This document shows positions 61,566-64,000 of a stretch of 64,000 nt of DNA, piece by piece. The translations under genes and the position numbers were made by a program. The notes under the pieces were generated by a model that searched no databases, was not told the origin of the DNA, and saw nothing but the letters and a program-made list of their open reading frames with translations. Within the stretch, counting starts at the first letter, position 1, and every line of letters begins with the position of its first letter. Source of the stretch: Clostridiales bacterium UBA4080 (GTDB lineage: Bacteria; Bacillota; Clostridia; Lachnospirales; Vallitaleaceae). The stretch spans positions 76,202 to 140,201 of the forward strand of contig DFYO01000019.1 of the NCBI GenBank assembly GCA_002381865.1, in the 5' to 3' direction.

Positions 61566-62288
61566 CTATATTTCTATCCACAAAGCTTCAAAGCTTCTTC
61601 TAACATTTTCAACAATATCGTTCCTGCCTTCAGGAATCTTTATATCTACAGTATAGCTTCCATATCCATAGGGTCTCAAATATAAATAAGTAAAATATAG
61701 CTTTTTATCCTCTCTGCTATATTCAACCTTTTTAATATACGATCCCCAGCCCTTCCAATAATGCAAAAGACCATGAGCAAACACGCCGTTTTTTGCTATA
61801 TATACATAGCTCTTTTTTTCATCCTCTTGCTTAAGCACAACCTCTTTTTCTTTAAAATCATGCTTCAGCAGGACATTAAAAAAGATAATATTAATTACTA
61901 TAAGTACAAGGGTTATAATAATTCCTGCAATTGCATTTTCTGAAGCAAATCCGACTGTCAACGCTACCACCGCAATAACAAAGGAAAAAAAAGGAAAAAT
62001 CAAAACAATCATACCCTTATTTTCTTCCTTTTTTTCAATTATATTACTAAGCGTCTCGTTTTGAGTATATTGCCAAAATACAACCAAATCACTGCCATCT
62101 ATCATTTTTGCCAGGCAACTTGCTCTATTAAAGAACAAGGTCCCTATAACTAACCCTGATATACCAAAGAAACCACTTAATAATACTAAGGGATATACTT
62201 CATTATTCCATGCTACAATTAATGTAAGCCCTGAGGCTATTATTATAGTCATACAGATTGCAGCATATTTGTTCTCGTAATTTTTCAT
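61566..62288 (-). CDS. hypothetical membrane protein (4 TM helices plus C-terminal soluble domain)
   Basis: ORF with good operon packing. No recognisable motif. Confidence 0.55.
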   Translation of the reverse strand: MKNYENKYAAICMTIIIASGLTLIVAWNNEVYPLVLLSGFFGISGLVIGTLFFNRASCLAKMIDGSDLVVFWQYTQNETLSNIIEKKEENKGMIVLIFPFFSFVIAVVALTVGFASENAIAGIIITLVLIVINIIFFNVLLKHDFKEKEVVLKQEDEKKSYVYIAKNGVFAHGLLHYWKGWGSYIKKVEYSREDKKLYFTYLYLRPYGYGSYTVDIKIPEGRNDIVENVRRSFEALWIEI

Positions 62289-62345
62289 ACTATAATTTCC
62301 TCTCTAATGCTTTACTATTTTTCAAATAATAGTGCAGGAGCATTA

Positions 62346-62906
62346 CTATCTTTTAAAGGATACTGTTGGAGCACTTCTTTCACTACTATCAATTTGGAAA
62401 AATGGTAATTCTCTGGAGCCAAGTATTCCTGCAAAAATATTATTTGGGAAGGTAATCACAAATTGATTGTATTTTAATACAGTATCATTGTAAAACTGTC
62501 TATACATTGCAATTTTTTGTTCTAGCTCTCCAAGCTGTGCTTGAAGGTTAACAAAACCTTGATTTGCCTTCAAATCTGGATACTGCTCTGAAACAGCTAA
62601 CAGTCTTCCAAGAACTCCAGTCATTGCATCAGCAGATTTCATTACCTCTTCTTGTGTCTGAGCATTCATATACATATTTCTTGCTTGTGTCACTCTTGCA
62701 AGTGTTTCCTGCTCATGCGCAGCATAAGCCCCTACAGTTTCAACCAGATTAGGAACAAGGTCTGCTCTCATTTTTAGCTGCACATTAATTTGTCCCCAGC
62801 TATTATCCACCTTTGCTTTGTTTTTAATCATTTTATTATAAAACATAATCATGGTAATACCAAAAAACACTAATACCGCTACAATTCCAATCATAAAATA
62901 TTGCAT
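62346..62906 (-). CDS. lemA: LemA family protein
   Basis: N-terminal TM helix, then NSWGQINVQLKMRADLVPNLVETV...YPDLKAN..F..LQ..L...E..I...R..YN. Confidence 0.88.
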   Translation of the reverse strand: MQYFMIGIVAVLVFFGITMIMFYNKMIKNKAKVDNSWGQINVQLKMRADLVPNLVETVGAYAAHEQETLARVTQARNMYMNAQTQEEVMKSADAMTGVLGRLLAVSEQYPDLKANQGFVNLQAQLGELEQKIAMYRQFYNDTVLKYNQFVITFPNNIFAGILGSRELPFFQIDSSERSAPTVSFKR

Positions 62907-62945
62907 ATAATACCTCCATTTTGTTTAATTAATGTCAATTATAAA

Positions 62946-64000
62946 TTAATTCCCAGATCTTCTGAAAACAAAACCATCAATATTAATAGAGTCTCCCGAA
63001 TCTGAAGGAATACCTTTAATCCTAGCGCCCAAGAAATCATATCCATCCTCTTCAAGTCTGTCCTGTGGATATAGCTCTAATGTCTGGGTGCTTTGTGAAA
63101 AGCTATATTCCGTTCTGGTATTAAGTCCGTTCATTGCAAGAGTTGCATAGCTTCCATCTGCAATCTTGATTGTACAGGTAACAGCCTCCTTATCTATTTC
63201 TCCCTTCCATACTCCATTGAAAAAGCTTACATCTATCTGGCTTGTTGCTACTATTTGTTTTTCTATTTCTTCTAAGCCTTCTTCTATATCCTTATTAATC
63301 TTATCCATTTCTTCTCCTAGCTTAGCTTCCTTTTCTTCGTCGCTCATTTTAGGATCCCATAGCCATGGACTTGATGCAAGCTCTGTAACTTTATTATCAA
63401 TATACCCATTTAAAAATTCGTCTATCAGCTTAACTGCTGCATCATCTGAATTATTAACCAATTCTCCTGCATAGGTTTTTATTCCTAACAAGTTTTCCTT
63501 CCAGGTTTTAGTCAAAAATCCTCCTATGTCTTTGGTAAAGGTTTCTGTCAGCTTATTAGCCATATTACCTGCAACATCCTTGGTTTTTTTCAAGATTGCC
63601 ATAGCACCCTTAAGAGTTGTTTCTTTGTATGCTAAAGAGCCAAGCTTAGGTAATCCTGTTTCTTTTAAGGCTTTAATTACTTCTAATACTGCTTTTGTAT
63701 TAACTCTTGGGCTTGCAAGAACCGAGCCCACCTTTTTAATTACCGCTCCTCCTGCCTTTGTTGCAGAAAACACATTGTTAGAGCCTCCTGCCATTGAAAA
63801 ACCAATTTCCAGACATCCTTTTACAATATCTGAATCCTTTGCATTTGGATCAAGAACTCTAGAAATACCTAATCCAAACTGCGTAAAGCTTTCTGCTGCA
63901 AGATTTCCCATTGTACTTGCTACTTGACTTACAGTGTCCTCTGGTATTCCAAGCTCATCCTCAATCATAGCACCTATATTATACCATCCGTCAGCTGCAA
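62946..64000 (-). CDS. C-terminal part of a larger uncharacterised protein (5' end beyond the window)
   Basis: The frame stays open upstream of the listed Met (…AADGWYNIGAMIEDE) up to the window edge. No recognisable domain. Confidence 0.6.
   Translation of the reverse strand, partial: AADGWYNIGAMIEDELGIPEDTVSQVASTMGNLAAESFTQFGLGISRVLDPNAKDSDIVKGCLEIGFSMAGGSNNVFSATKAGGAVIKKVGSVLASPRVNTKAVLEVIKALKETGLPKLGSLAYKETTLKGAMAILKKTKDVAGNMANKLTETFTKDIGGFLTKTWKENLLGIKTYAGELVNNSDDAAVKLIDEFLNGYIDNKVTELASSPWLWDPKMSDEEKEAKLGEEMDKINKDIEEGLEEIEKQIVATSQIDVSFFNGVWKGEIDKEAVTCTIKIADGSYATLAMNGLNTRTEYSFSQSTQTLELYPQDRLEEDGYDFLGARIKGIPSDSGDSINIDGFVFRRSGN

Overview
Low-GC Firmicute (Clostridia-like) chromosomal segment, almost entirely transcribed on the minus strand. 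All gene names come from motifs I recognise in the translations; no database search was run.

Gene blocks, left to right:
- Glycerol module: glpP, a 566-nt leader, two paralogous small membrane proteins, then glpK.
- An MCP fused to a PhnD-like binding domain, an amino-acid ABC transporter, a lipoprotein and a FAD protein.
- Sigma-54 block: REC-kinase and rpoN, then an enhancer-binding protein (EBP) with an HPr-like N-terminus, then dhaL-dhaM-ptsH-ptsI-dhaK. Three exact TGGCAC-N5-TTGCT promoters serve it.
- glmM-glmS.
- A complete pyr operon (pyrB-C-F, carA-B, pyrK-D-E) with a PyrR-type attenuator.
- ThrE-type exporter pair, MFS transporter and an atypical tRNA-Pro(GGG).
- DUF5320 / flavin reductase / DUF89 / MBL / Mrp operon with paired operators.
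- A 2.3-kb islet bracketed by identical 36-nt hairpins. It carries a secreted toxin-like protein, a DUF5412 protein and a protease remnant.
- CIRCE-hsp20.
- Guanine riboswitch followed by xpt and a BMP-family ABC transporter.
- NMO-family oxidoreductase, a second MCP, xth, Fe-ADH, gap, a methyltransferase and cheX.
- An uncharacterised operon: partial large protein, LemA, a membrane protein, a GH46-like protein and a solenoid-repeat K+ channel.

No CRISPR array, IS element or prophage was recognised.

Most interesting:
- The HPr-domain EBP / sigma-54 / dha-PTS circuit, together with the kinase whose H-box His is replaced by Tyr.
- A 79-nt structured repeat present twice, next to the glmS and gap terminators.
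- The repeat-bracketed toxin-like islet.
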